Assembly: GCF_009834535.1 (NCBI RefSeq)
Contig: NC_045707.1
Span: forward strand, 60,142,001-60,206,000
Source of the DNA: Camelus ferus
Taxonomy: Eukaryota
Length of the DNA stretch: 64,000 nucleotides
Direction: 5' to 3'
Shown here in pieces: positions 27,216 to 39,179 of this stretch. A model generated the notes under the pieces. That model was not told the origin of the DNA, ran no database searches, and saw nothing but the letters and a program-made list of their open reading frames with translations. Made by a program: the position numbers and the translations under genes. The stretch's first letter is position 1; each line of letters starts with the position of its first letter.

Positions 27216-28970
27216 GAGACTGACTGTTTACATTTTAAATAAGGAGTTTATCTGTATGTTCCTAGAGGGCTTTGTTCTGAGCCTTGGGGGCCCGCTTTCA
27301 GCATCAGAATTTCACTAGATGGTTTCCGCATCTTGGTTATTGTTATGCAAAAGCTACTAAGGGTGTATCCCTGAGGGCTGTATTTTGCTTAGACTCTCTT
27401 AGGAAACGTGAGTGTGTGCACACAGGCTGTGGATATTTAATATTAACTGACCTCCTACTGTGTTGCTCAGAAAGCAACTTTTGATTTGTTACCACTCTAA
27501 TTTCCTTACTAATATTGTATCATGGCTCCCGAACCCTCAGTGGGTTTAGAGCAGCTGTTAGGGAATACAAGAAGTAAATTTGATTGTGCGTGGAAATTGG
27601 CCTGCATGTGAGACAAATAGCTTTGGTTTCCTTACTACATTTACTATACTACAACGATCTGAAATCGCAACCTCACTGGATTGCAAGGAACTGCAGCAGC
27701 TTTAATTAATGTTTTTGCCACTGTTCCTATTGATTATTGCAAATGTCTGTATGTCTCTCCAAATGTCTTCTGAGGGTTCTGAGTACTTCAAAGGACCTCC
27801 ACCGTTGCACTGTTCTCTTGCAGCTCATTAAAGCTCATATAATAAATGACCCCTCTGGCTCTAATTTCTCCAGGCTTAACATGATTTGGGATCCCATGCT
27901 GGTTTCAGATCTTATCCCTGCCCCTTGTTTGCAGAATCTGTGCTTTTCTGCAATTTAGCATCTGCACTTCTAGTGAGCAATTCAAATTTCTTTTGCAACC
28001 ACATTGTTTAGGTGATCTATGGTGTGAGCTTCTTGTATGTGCTATACTCAGAATACCATTTTGAGATTTGCTAAGTCAAACCATCAATTGCATATAAAAA
28101 TTTGTTGGGGTTTTGGCTCTATGTTTTGAAAAAGCAAAATCTAACATTGCTATAAGACATCTCTCCGCTCTCTCTCTCTTTTAAGTTCTTGCTGACATAT
28201 TTAGGAAGAATATATGAGAATAAATGCATTATTTAAATTTCCAGGTTGTCTATAGCAATCCCTTTTCAGTCTAATTAGGACCAATAGGTTGCAAAATGCC
28301 TAAAGCAAATCCATTAACACTTAACTACATCTCTACTGGATCTATACGGCACTGACAGAAAATGCAGGCATCACATTTTTGATGAGGGCTAATGACTTGA
28401 TAATGCATTCACTGTGTCAGATGTCAGGTGTACAATAGGACTGTGAGAACTACAAAGAGGAAAAGAAGAAACAGTATTTGCTAACGTCTTCCTCTCTTCT
28501 GTCCCCAAGGTAGTGTCACTAGCAGAGCAATCTCCAGTTCATGGAGGCAGTGACAGAGGGACCTGTAGGATCAAGGGCACCTTTGCAATGATTTCTGTCT
28601 AGATTATAGTCATTAGGGATCTTGTTCATGTGCTTAGTGTGTGCATCGGGGTGTGTGTCAGCAGAAGCCTCGTGTTTATCAGCTACATCCTCATCTTTCT
28701 GTGGCTAGGTAGCCACGGGCGCCCAGGGAAAAGAAGTGACTGCATTTATTCTCAGTGTTGCCAACAGTCAGGTAAGATGCTCTCTCGCCGTGGTATACAG
28801 CAAGGCAGGTGGCATTTAAAAAATGAATAAAGCAACACTTTAGAGAAGTCAGTGCTGCTTCTCACATGAATCAATGCCAGAGTCAATTGTTCTAAGAACC
28901 AAGATAAATTATATTGGAGGAAGAGGTAAGGGGTAGAAGAGCCCAGCTGCTCAAAGAGCTAGAAGTAAAA

Positions 28971-29047
28971 GTCTCTCTCTGTCTCTGTCTCTGTTATTTC
29001 TCTCTCAATCTGTCTCTTTCTATCTCTGTCTCTCTCACACACACATA
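28971..29047. repeat. (TC/TG)n-(CA)n low-complexity tract
   Basis: gtctctctctgtctctgtctctg...ctctctcacacacacatac. Confidence 0.8.
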
Positions 29048-30029
29048 CCTCTCCACCTCTTGTGCACTATTAGAATTTAGTTATGCTATTCAATTTTTAT
29101 CACCTTTAAATTAGAAATTACAAGTCAGTAACAATTATGAGCTATAACTACAAAGTAACATGGCTGAATTTTTAAAAACATAATGGGATTTTTACATTAT
29201 GGAAACAGGTTTTGTCCTCTTTAAGAAAAGAAGCTGTATGTAGATTTCCAGGACTCTGTTGGCCAGCCTTTTGCATCTCTTATTTTGCAATGGCCTTCAG
29301 AATCTGTGACATATTCCTTTGACTACTGTCCGGAGTGGCAAAGCTTCATCTCTTCAGGGCGGATCTACTTTGTGAAAATAAACGAAAGTCATTCCGAGTC
29401 AAGCTCAAGGATTTAAAGTAGATTCCAAACTGGGTGATATCATCTGGGCTCTAAAGTGAGGTGCAGGTCTGCAGTAGTGATCCTGGTTTGCCTACGCTGG
29501 TTCCCCAGCACACCCCCTGCCCACCCCACCCCCCAGCACACCCACCAGAACCTACTGGTGTTCATTACTGTCTAGTAATACCAGGTAACTTAGCTTGCTA
29601 GAGCCCAGCAGTATTTTTCAACTTTCTCTTAATCTCTACCCTACTTCCAACTCGTAGACCTTGAATCCAGAACTTGATCCTATTTCTGGTTCTTTTAACT
29701 GGGTGTTAGCAATGATTTCTCCAGGGTTTACTACCTTTCCAAATAACTCTGCCTTAATTTTTTTCTCTTGCCTTTGGATGCAGTGTGTTTACTGACAAAG
29801 GACTCCCTACTTTACCTTGCTCCCCTGGAAACCCAGACTCTGACATGAGCCATGTGGTCCACATGCTAAGAATCCCACTGTTATGAACACAATTTCAAAA
29901 TATGTGTTTCAGAGCTCTTTTAGTTACTCGTGATACTATTAGAATAAGTATAAAATGAGCATAAGACCTTCCAAGGTGACAACATTAAAAAAGGTACTTA
30001 AATGTGCACATTCTGACATAAATGCTGTT

Positions 30030-30410
30030 TCAATTTTTTGTTATGGAAGATTTCAAACGTTTTTGTCAGGCTTCAACAACCATTAACTTTCTCTTGTTCT
30101 CCTTTCATCAACCTCCTTCCAAAAAAATTTGTGATGTATTTTAAAGCAAAATCCAGGTATCATATTATTTCTCCTAAAATTATGTCAATAGTTAACTCCA
30201 CCAGATAAGGGATTTAAAATAAACTAAATCACTGTTCTATTATTAAACTCAACAAAACTACAAAAATCTCCTCAATATTGTCTACATTCTAATTCATGTT
30301 TAATTTTCCCTGTTATCTCAAAAATGTCTTTTTAGACCTGGTTGTTTGAATCAGGATCCAAACAAGGTCCACACATCATGTGTAGTATGTCTTTGAAGAC
30401 TCTTTTAATA
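30030..30410 (-). mobile_element. L1MC4/L1MC5-like 3' end
   Basis: tattttaaagcaaaatccaggtatcat...tgtttgaatcaggatccaaacaaggtccacacat. Confidence 0.75.
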
Positions 30411-33400
30411 GGTAATTTTGCTATAAAGAATAACATACATATAATTTTATATATTACTGTTACAAACTTACCTTCCATAGCTAAATTATAAGGAGATATT
30501 TTGCTTATTTATATATAAGTAAGAATTGCTTGTTTGCATCAAGCATCAGATTCCTGTATAAAAGTGTATAAAAATGAATCTTCAGCAGAGACTAAAGAAA
30601 TCAGGTTTATCAGCTATCTAAATGGGGTGGGCATATGAGGCAGTGACTCTCATTTCGATTACTTCAAACTCTCCCTTCTTGGACTTTGGTTTTGATTCCA
30701 TAAAAATGATAATTCATCATTTCTATAATAAATTCAGTGTTTAGAGATATTGTTTACATCACTCTGTCTCAGATTTTCCAATATGAGCCCTCAAAACGAG
30801 TTTATTTTAATGACAAATGGCTCTTCATTACATTATATTTTTACTCCTTTATTGCCACATAAATCTGTTAACTCTTAACATGTAACATTTGCAGAAAATG
30901 GACATTTCAAAATGAGTGGTAAGCATTTTCCATTGTATTATCCAAATGATAACAATGCCCTTTGTTTTACAAAATAAAAGAACAATAAAATCCTAACTCC
31001 TTACCATTAGCTTTATAAAAAAGATACACACTTATGCTATCTTCTTATATTTCCAATTGGCATAACTCTAATCCTGGGTCTTGATGTTAAATTCTTTTTT
31101 TTTTTTTTTAAATTTAGTGTGGCTTATTTTCAGCAGCATTTGTAAATATGAAAATAAGTTCCGAAAAAAAAGTCCTGTAAAAATGCATAGTTAGGTAAAA
31201 CAACTATAAATCATTAAAAGATAACCTTAGTTTGAAAATCAGTGGTCATTTAATCACATATTTCAGTGCATTAATACTATTACTTTTTGATTTGCAAATT
31301 CATTATTGAATCATTTTCCAACTAGAATGTAAAATATACAAATGTAGCCCAGAAATCACAGGTTAATATAGTCTTACTTCAGATGGAACTAATTCTGTGT
31401 TCAAGTTATTCTCCTTACGAGGAAAAAAAATTGAAGAATTTAATCGAGCATTTGGAATACCAAAAGAGAAAACTGATGTATTTAGGAGTAGACTGACGCA
31501 AATAACATTCCACTGCATTAGCATTTATTTGTGCAGCAAACAGTCTCCAATCGAGCTCCTGTGCCTCAGCTTCTTAAGGTAAATATCTTCCTTTGCTTTA
31601 GAAGAGATTTCAATCTGGCTTTAGAAAGCATTCTAATCTGACAACTGCTAATAAAAGACCCGATTCTATAGCTCACATTCCCATGTGTACACCTCCCTGA
31701 CACCAATATTAAAGTTTTAGATATGAAAATCTCCTCCTCTTACTTTTTTAAATTGAGGAAATATAGCTTTGCTATCCTCAGTGTCATAACTACACAAAGT
31801 GTGTGTGCACGCACGTGTGCACATGCACATACAGGCACATGCTGCTCTTACATGCACGCATGTGAGCCCATAAACACAAAGAACAAAAGCAGGTACAATT
31901 CTCCTAGCAATATTTTACACTCAATATTCTACAAGTTTCTTCTTTTTACATTGTAAACCACTAAGTCATTCCTCTAAAAATCTGTAGCAATCAGTTTCCT
32001 GGACAAAAAAACCCATCCTTTGTGGTAATGAAAGCAATTCAAAAGAGGAATGCCTATCAATAAATATTTAATATCTAGAATTAAAATTCCTGTCCAAGAT
32101 CTGAATGACAGACAACCATAAGGAATAACAATTTTGAGGATCTCTTCAATTACAGGAAAAAATTCCCTGCCTAAAAATGCCTGCAAAGAATTCAATTTAC
32201 TTACTTTCTCAATTAAGTCCTCCTGAAAATTCTGTCCAAAAAGTTGTGGCCGTCAATTCGGGTTTTATGGCACATGGGAGATTGATTTTTGCAGGAATCT
32301 CAGGATAATCCCCTTTGTAAATCCCTCCTTGCCAAAAATTCTCTACTTTGTGAACAATGATCTATACAAGATTGCCTCACGAGGTTGTCTTTGTAGCATA
32401 GGTTTTCTTAAAAGAAGGCTATACTGAAAGCCTCTACATTGTCCATGGACAGATAATGAATTCTGCAGATTATCTAGAACAGCTGGGCAACTGTGGCTTT
32501 TCCACCTGAGACCTCAGCAGGTTACCAGGCCATGACAGCAGGGACAGACACTGATGGAGACTCGGACTGAAAAGCAGGAGAAAGGAACATTTTGGCTTTT
32601 TTCTAAGCAGGTACCTCAATGTTTCCCAAAAGTAAATTCAATTCATTCTTATAAATTCTATTATTTTAAAATAAAAATCTAGTCTAATTTACCTGCCTTC
32701 CACAACATTTTCAACTAATATTGACAAAAGAAAGCAAGCCACACGTGAACCAGGGGCACACTGTGTTCTCATTAATTGAGTTATTCATTGGGCTTTGAAC
32801 ACCAAAATGTCATATTGAAATTTAACAATTTTTTAATATCTTAAAAATTACAGAGTTTAAGAGATGTTTATGAAAGGTTATATCCATTGCTTGTAGAAGA
32901 CAAACATGATAAAGATAAAAGTAATTGAGGGATTTGTAATATTAATATTTAGGCTTTTTTGTTTTAGAAAATCAGTCATATTCTGTAGAAAGATGGTAAA
33001 ATATTAGTCCCCACAATTCACAAAATAAAATTATCTCTTTAGCAACCGGAAAAGAATGGCAATGCAAATCGGTCCTGATTATTTTCTGGTTTGGACACAA
33101 CATGACATTCCCCCTACTAGTCTAAGATTTGTTAAGATTTGTTTGTTTTTCTATTTGTTTAATTTTTTTTGAGCTACCTAGAAAAGGGCATTAAACATGC
33201 TTAGAAATAACACTTGTACTTGTAATAATGTTGCTTAATCAAGAAAACTGTTTCACAGAATGGCCTAAAACCTTCACAACCCATCTAATTTTTTAACCAC
33301 TTGTCCCTTCCTGGGAAAGAGCAAAGAAATAAAAATAAATTCTCATTTTCCTTTACCACTTTTTCTAGTTCTGTTACTATACTCTGGATGAGTGGCTATT

Positions 33401-34035
33401 TGCAGAGGTAACATGGCCTATTTGTTATTTCCATCAGATATTAAAATATTTTCTAAAAGGTATCCTGGAAATAACAAAGCCAGGTGTACAGCTACAAATT
33501 TCCTAACCCTATTACGTTTTGAATTTTATTAAAATATCATTCAGTAGAATGTTGACAATCCACAACCCAAAGAAAATCTTCATTCCAGAATCACGAAGCC
33601 ATGTGAAAGCAGGACAAGGTATAGAGGACAGCTTCTGTTTTTATTCTTCAACAAAGCAAAATTCACGAAGGATGACTAGAATATCCTAAGGAAAACTCCC
33701 TTCAGTCAAAGAAAATTTCTTTCAGTTGGTACCACTCCTTCCATTCTGCTGACAGATGGCTAGGGTTTCAGGCCTTCCAGGTGGGCTGGCACCAGACTTG
33801 TCCAATGTCTAAGAAGACGATACCAGTTTGCCCGTAAAGACACAAACCAGAATACGTACCCCTCCTAGACAGGCATACCTCACTTCAATGTGATTCACTT
33901 TTTTGAGCTTCCCAGATACTGAGTTTTTTTGCAGCTTGAAGGTTTGTGGCAAACCTGCATCGAGCAAGTCTACTGGTGGCATTTTTCCAACAGCATTTGC
34001 TCATTTCATGTCTCTGGGTCGCATTTTGGTAATTC

Positions 34036-34527
34036 ATTTTTTTTTCTTTAAACTTTTACCACCCAGTTTATACTTTGTGCCTTACTTAGGACAGCTGGTT
34101 CAGTGTCTGACAATGAAAAGAACTTTCAGGGTGGTTTGTAGTATCAGTTTATAAACAGGGAAACGCACAGATGCACCACGAAGACAGTGGTAACATCGGT
34201 GAGCATTGACAGCCATTTTTCTGGAGGACATTCAGTTAAGCATCACATAATGGTGAGCTCAGTCCTTTGCAGACTTCTTCATTAATGACTAGCCCCTCTC
34301 CAAGTGAGCTGAAGGTAGATCAGAAATCAAGCTGACATTTTCCCATTTTCCAGCAAGGAAGGAAAATGAAAGGAGTGGGCAGATAGGTGATCAGGATTTA
34401 GCAGAACTGGAGGCCTGGGGAGCTGTTTACTCAGATGGAAACTAAAAGTGGGGTTCTCTTTCCTAGCCCCCCCTTCTGAGCACTTGGGAGTGGCTTCACA
34501 ACAGTGCTTTTTAAAAAAATTTTTTTA
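34036..34527 (-). pseudogene. Retroposed non-TE fragment (processed 3'UTR-like retrocopy or orphan transduction)
   Basis: Perfect 14-bp TSD cattttggtaattc (34022-34035, 34528-34541) duplicating Tigger1 sequence; T-run at the left end is poly(A) on the minus strand; no TE resemblance recognised. Confidence 0.75.
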
Positions 34528-34813
34528 CATTTTGGTAATTCTTGCAACATGTTCATTTTTTTTCATTATATTTATTATAATGAATTATATCTGTTACAAT
34601 GATCTGTGATCAGTGACCTTTATGTTACTATTGTAATTGTTCCGGGGGCACCACAAGCCGCAGCCACATAAGATGACAAATTTAACTGATAAAAGCCGTG
34701 TGTGTTCTGACTACTCCACTGACCAGTTGCTCCCTGTCTCTTCCTATCTCCTCAAGCCTCCCTATTCCTTGAGAACCAACAGTGTTGAAAGTAGGCCCAT
34801 GAATAGCCCTACA

Positions 34814-36540
34814 ATGACCTCCAAGTAGCCAAGTGAAAGGGAGACTTGCATGTCTCTCAGTTTAAATCAAAAGCTAGGAATGATAAAGCTCAGTGAGGAA
34901 GACATGTGGAAAGCCAAGACAGGCTAAAAGCTAGGTCTCCTGTGCCAGCTAGCCAAGTTGAGAATGGAAAGGAAAAGTTCTTGAAGGAAACTAGTACTCC
35001 AGTGAACACACAGATGATAAGAAAAAGAAACAGTCTTATGGCTTATGTGGAGAAAGTTTTGGTGGTCTGGATAAAGGACAAAACCAGCCACAGTATTCCC
35101 TTAAGGAAAAGTCTAGCCCAGAGCAAGGCCCTAACTCTATTCAATTCTCCGAAGGCTGAAAGAGGTGAGAAAGCTGTAGAAGAAAAGTTTGAAGCTAGCA
35201 GAGGTTGGTTCATGAGGTTTAATGAAAGAAGCTGTTTCCATAACATAAAAGTACAAAGTGAAGCAGCCAGTGTTGGTGTAGAAGCTGCGGCAAGTTATCT
35301 GCAAGATCCACCTAAGATCATTAGGGAAAGTGGCTACACTAAACAACAGATTTTCAATGTAGACAAAACAATCTTATACTGGAAGAAGGTGCCATCTAGG
35401 ATTTTCATAGCTAGAGAGGAGAAGCCAATGCCTGGCTTCAAAGCATCAAAAGACAGGCTGACTCTCTTGTCGGGGGCTACTGAGTCTGGTTACTTTAAAT
35501 GGAAGCCAATGCTCATTTACCATTCCAAAGTCCTAGGATCCTTAAAAATTATGCTGAATCTACAGTGATTGTGCTCTGTAAATGGAAGAGCAAAGCCTGG
35601 GTGACAGCACATCTGTTTATAGCATGGTTTACTAAATACTAAATACTTTAACCCACTGTTGAGATTTACTGCTCAGACAAAAATATTCCTTTCAAAATAT
35701 TACTGCTCATTGACAATGCACCTGGTTCCCCAAGAGCTCTCATGGAGATATACAAGGAGATTCAGGCTGTTTTCACGCTGCTAACACAACGTCCATTCTG
35801 CAGCCCATGGATCAAGGAATCATTTCAACTTTCAAGTCTTATTATTTAAGGAATACACTGTGTAAAAGGCTATGGTTGCTACAGATGTAATTCCTCTAAT
35901 GGATTTGAGCAAAGTCAATTGAAAACCTTCTGGAAAGGATTCATCATTCTAGATGCCATTAATACCATTCACGGTTTATGAGAAGAGGCCAAAATATCAA
36001 CATTAACAAGAGTTTGGAAGAAGTTGATTCCAACCCTCATGGAAGACTCAAGTGGAGGAAGTAAGTGCAGATGCGATGACAATAGCCAGAGAACTAGAAT
36101 TAGATGTGGGACTGAAGATGGGACTGACCTGCTGCAATCCCATGATAATACTTTAAGGGATGAGGAGTCATTTTCTCTGGATAGCAAAGAACGTAGTTTC
36201 TTGAGAAACAACTCTTGGTGAAGATGCTGTGAAGACTGTTGAAAGGACCACAAAGGATTCAGAATGTTACATAAGCTTCGTTGATAAAGCAGTGGCAGGG
36301 GTTGAGAGGATTAACTCTAATTTTGAAAGAAGCTCTACTGTGGGTAAAATTCTATCAAACAGCTTTGCATGCTATAGATAAATCGTTCATGAAAGGAAGA
36401 GTCAATGATGCAGCAAACTTCATTGTTGTCTTATTGTAAGAAATTTCTAGAGCCACCCTTACCTTCAGTAACCACCACCCTGATCAATCAGAAGCCATCA
36501 ACCCTGAGGCAAGACCCTCTACCAGTAAAAAGATCATTGA
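34814..36540 (+). pseudogene. Decayed Tigger1 transposase (CENP-B-type HTH plus DDE_1 domain)
   Basis: Starts MTSK* (stop at codon 5); ORF 34906-35568 has [39 protein letters not shown]; downstream [10 protein letters not shown] and QPMDQG motifs lie in shifted frames; 3' end approximate. Confidence 0.93.
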
Positions 36541-38074
36541 CTCTCTGAAGGCTCAGATAACAATTAGCAATTTTAACAACACAGTGTTTTAAATTAAGGT
36601 ATTTAACACTTACAGTATAATGTAAACATAACTTTCATGTACAATGGGAAACTAACTGTGTGACTCACTTTACTGTGATATTTGCTTTATTGTGGTGGTC
36701 TGGAACCCAATCTGCATTGTCTCTGAAGTATGCCTGTATATAATACAGGAATAAAACTGCATTCAGATATATATAAAAATAGACTGTTCATATACGTATA
36801 TGTACACATATACTATAAAAGCAGTAGTCCTAGAGATGTTATTCTAGGGAGTGTAACACACAGTATCTCTTGCTGTTCTACCGAAGTGAGTACGGAGCTC
36901 ATAAGTGCTAAGCAAATAAATACTCCTCAACATGACAACACATAAAACAACTGAGGCAGAGCAAGGTATTGCCTACAAACCACACTGTCATACAGTTCAC
37001 ATGTTACCCCCTAAATTTATGAATAAATTTCTTAGTTCTCTGGTTCTACATGAAACCACATACTTCCGTTACGTTTCATGTTGTGGTCTTGCATATATGG
37101 GAGGGGACTTTGCTTTTACATTCTGCTCAACAAAACATAAATTGAAAGCTATTTAGGATAAAGGAGTAGAGTGTTATATATGATGTCACATAAGATATAA
37201 TTCCCCACAAATGCTCTACGTGATCATTGTATGCGATGGTAATGGTGCCATTTTGAAACATTATTCAAAGTCAGAACCCTGCTGAGTCCAATGGAGATAA
37301 AGTCCCTTTAACAAGTTAAGTTATTCTCGACTGGTATCTTTTCAGCTTGCTCTATTAGTTTTAAATTCAAAGCTTCTGAATTCCCACTTAAAATAGTGCC
37401 TTAAAAAACATCCCTTGACACACTCTACACCATTATTACACTAGATTTTATAATAGGGCAGGACAAGACAAAAAGAAACAGAAATACCAAAAACAAGTTC
37501 TGCTAATCACTCTGCTTCCAGAATCAGGGAAGACTGTTCATTGCAAGGTCAATGGAATCAAACTGAAAGATCACATCAATGACCTATCCTGTTACCCAGC
37601 CAGAGAAGAGCAGGCATGCCTCCTTATAAGCAGGTAGATGACACTTTTTCATCCTTGGTTTCTCCCCTGGTTCAGAAATACAAATTTGCACCAGGCAGAA
37701 AACTAAGGAGCTTTCTTTCTACCTTACGGATAGACAGAAAATCAAGGTGTCACTGCCCTTGTGACCCACCTACACATCCTATCCTACATCCAACTGGAAA
37801 TTTAAATACTAAAATACAGAGTAGAATGTTGTAGACAGAGGTCAGATATGGAGATAGCTCAAAACCCAGAACCCAGGAATGGTAATAAAACAGATGAGAA
37901 TTAAGACTAGTTCAACTTTAATGCCATCTGAACACAATAAATTTGGATACTCAACTGAATCTATATATAAAGATAGAACTTTAAAGGAAATGTATATTAC
38001 TAAAAAGTAATCTTATATGTATAATTTGGGCTTTAAACCTCAGATTACATAAACAAACAGGGGAGCGAGAGCAA

Positions 38075-39140
38075 CTGCTTAGGCCCCCAAAACTTAGAAA
38101 CATCCCTGACTCTGCTCTTTATCTAATCCCTATGCAAATCCTGCTGGCCCTTCACACCTCTAAAATGTACCCAGACCCTGATGACTTCTCACCCTCTCTG
38201 CAAGGCACCTTCAGTGCACACCAGGATTATTGAATAGGCCTGCTAACCCTACCCTCGCCATACTCTCGATTGCCCCTTATTGCAGTCTCTCCTCAATGTT
38301 GTGATAAGTGTGGTCCTTCTGAAAACATAAGTCAGATGTTATCAGTTGTTTCTCCACATCTTCGAGTTGTTGCCCACCTCAGTTAAAGTAGAACTCAAAG
38401 TCCTACAGTGGCCACAAGAGCCTGTAAGCGCCGGCCCTTACTTACTTCTCCAGTGTCATCTACTCCTCTTCCCTGTACTCACTCTGCACCTTGAACTTGC
38501 CAGGTGCACTCCAGCCTCAGTCCTTGCATACGATGTACTCTCGCCTAAACTACTCTTCCCCTGGATCTCCATGGAGGCCCTGAGCGTGTCTGTGAGGCTC
38601 TTCACGTCATCCACATGAATGGCAATCTTGAAAGTGAAGCAATGTATATGAGTGGTCTTACTCTCTCAGCTCCTTCAGGTCTTTGCTCAAAGTCACCTTC
38701 TCAAGAAGGCATCCTCTGACCATCTTACTTAAAAATGCAACACTTCTCCAGAAATCCCCATCCCCCTTCTCTGCCTTCCTTTTCTCTCTATGGTATTCAT
38801 CACAATTTGACATACTACAATATTTCATTTAATGTAAGACATCATTAATTACAAGGCTTACCACTTAAAAACTATTCTACCAAAAAAGCATGGCTAATTA
38901 AATATGATATATTACCAGTTGTAAGAGGCATCCTGATTTCAAAGATGTTAAAATGTGAAAAAAAATGTGCTCTTTTGAATCAAGGAAACATGGTCATTTA
39001 CTTGTTTACTTGTTTATTACATCTCTGTCCCTTAACGTCCAAAAACAGAGAGATTTTTATCCTTTTTTTTCCCACAACTTGAACAGTGACTAGTGAATCA
39101 TGAGGGGTATTAAAGAAGTATTTTTGATTGAATGAATGAA
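38075..39140 (+). mobile_element. L2a 3' region (interrupted by MER104 and an 81-bp insert)
   Basis: ctccttcaggtctttgctcaaagtcaccttctc; tail tttgattgaatgaatgaa. Confidence 0.85.
38818..38993. mobile_element. MER104 (TcMar-Tc2) MITE
   Basis: ta|caatatttcatttaatgtaagacatc...ttgtaagaggcatcctgatttcaaagatgttaaaatgtgaaaaaaaatgtgc...gaatcaaggaaacatgg. Confidence 0.8.
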
Positions 39141-39179
39141 AGCACGTAAAAGTAGGTTAAGTTCCTCACTTTAATGAGG

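Larger units (their letters stand above)
33870..36736 (+). mobile_element. Near full-length Tigger1 (TcMar-Tigger) DNA transposon carrying a ~490-bp internal insertion
   Basis: TIRs caggcatacctc (33870) / gaagtatgcctg|ta (36736); internal transposase; ~2.36 kb once the insert and one TSD copy are removed. Confidence 0.97.

Noticed and set aside
34906..35568. 220-aa ORF as a domesticated TIGD/CENP-B-like gene
   Set aside because: It lies in a TIR-bounded Tigger1; the native start is followed by a stop at codon 5, the ORF begins at a GTG after a frameshift, and the DDE region is broken by further frameshifts and stops. This is a neutral fossil.
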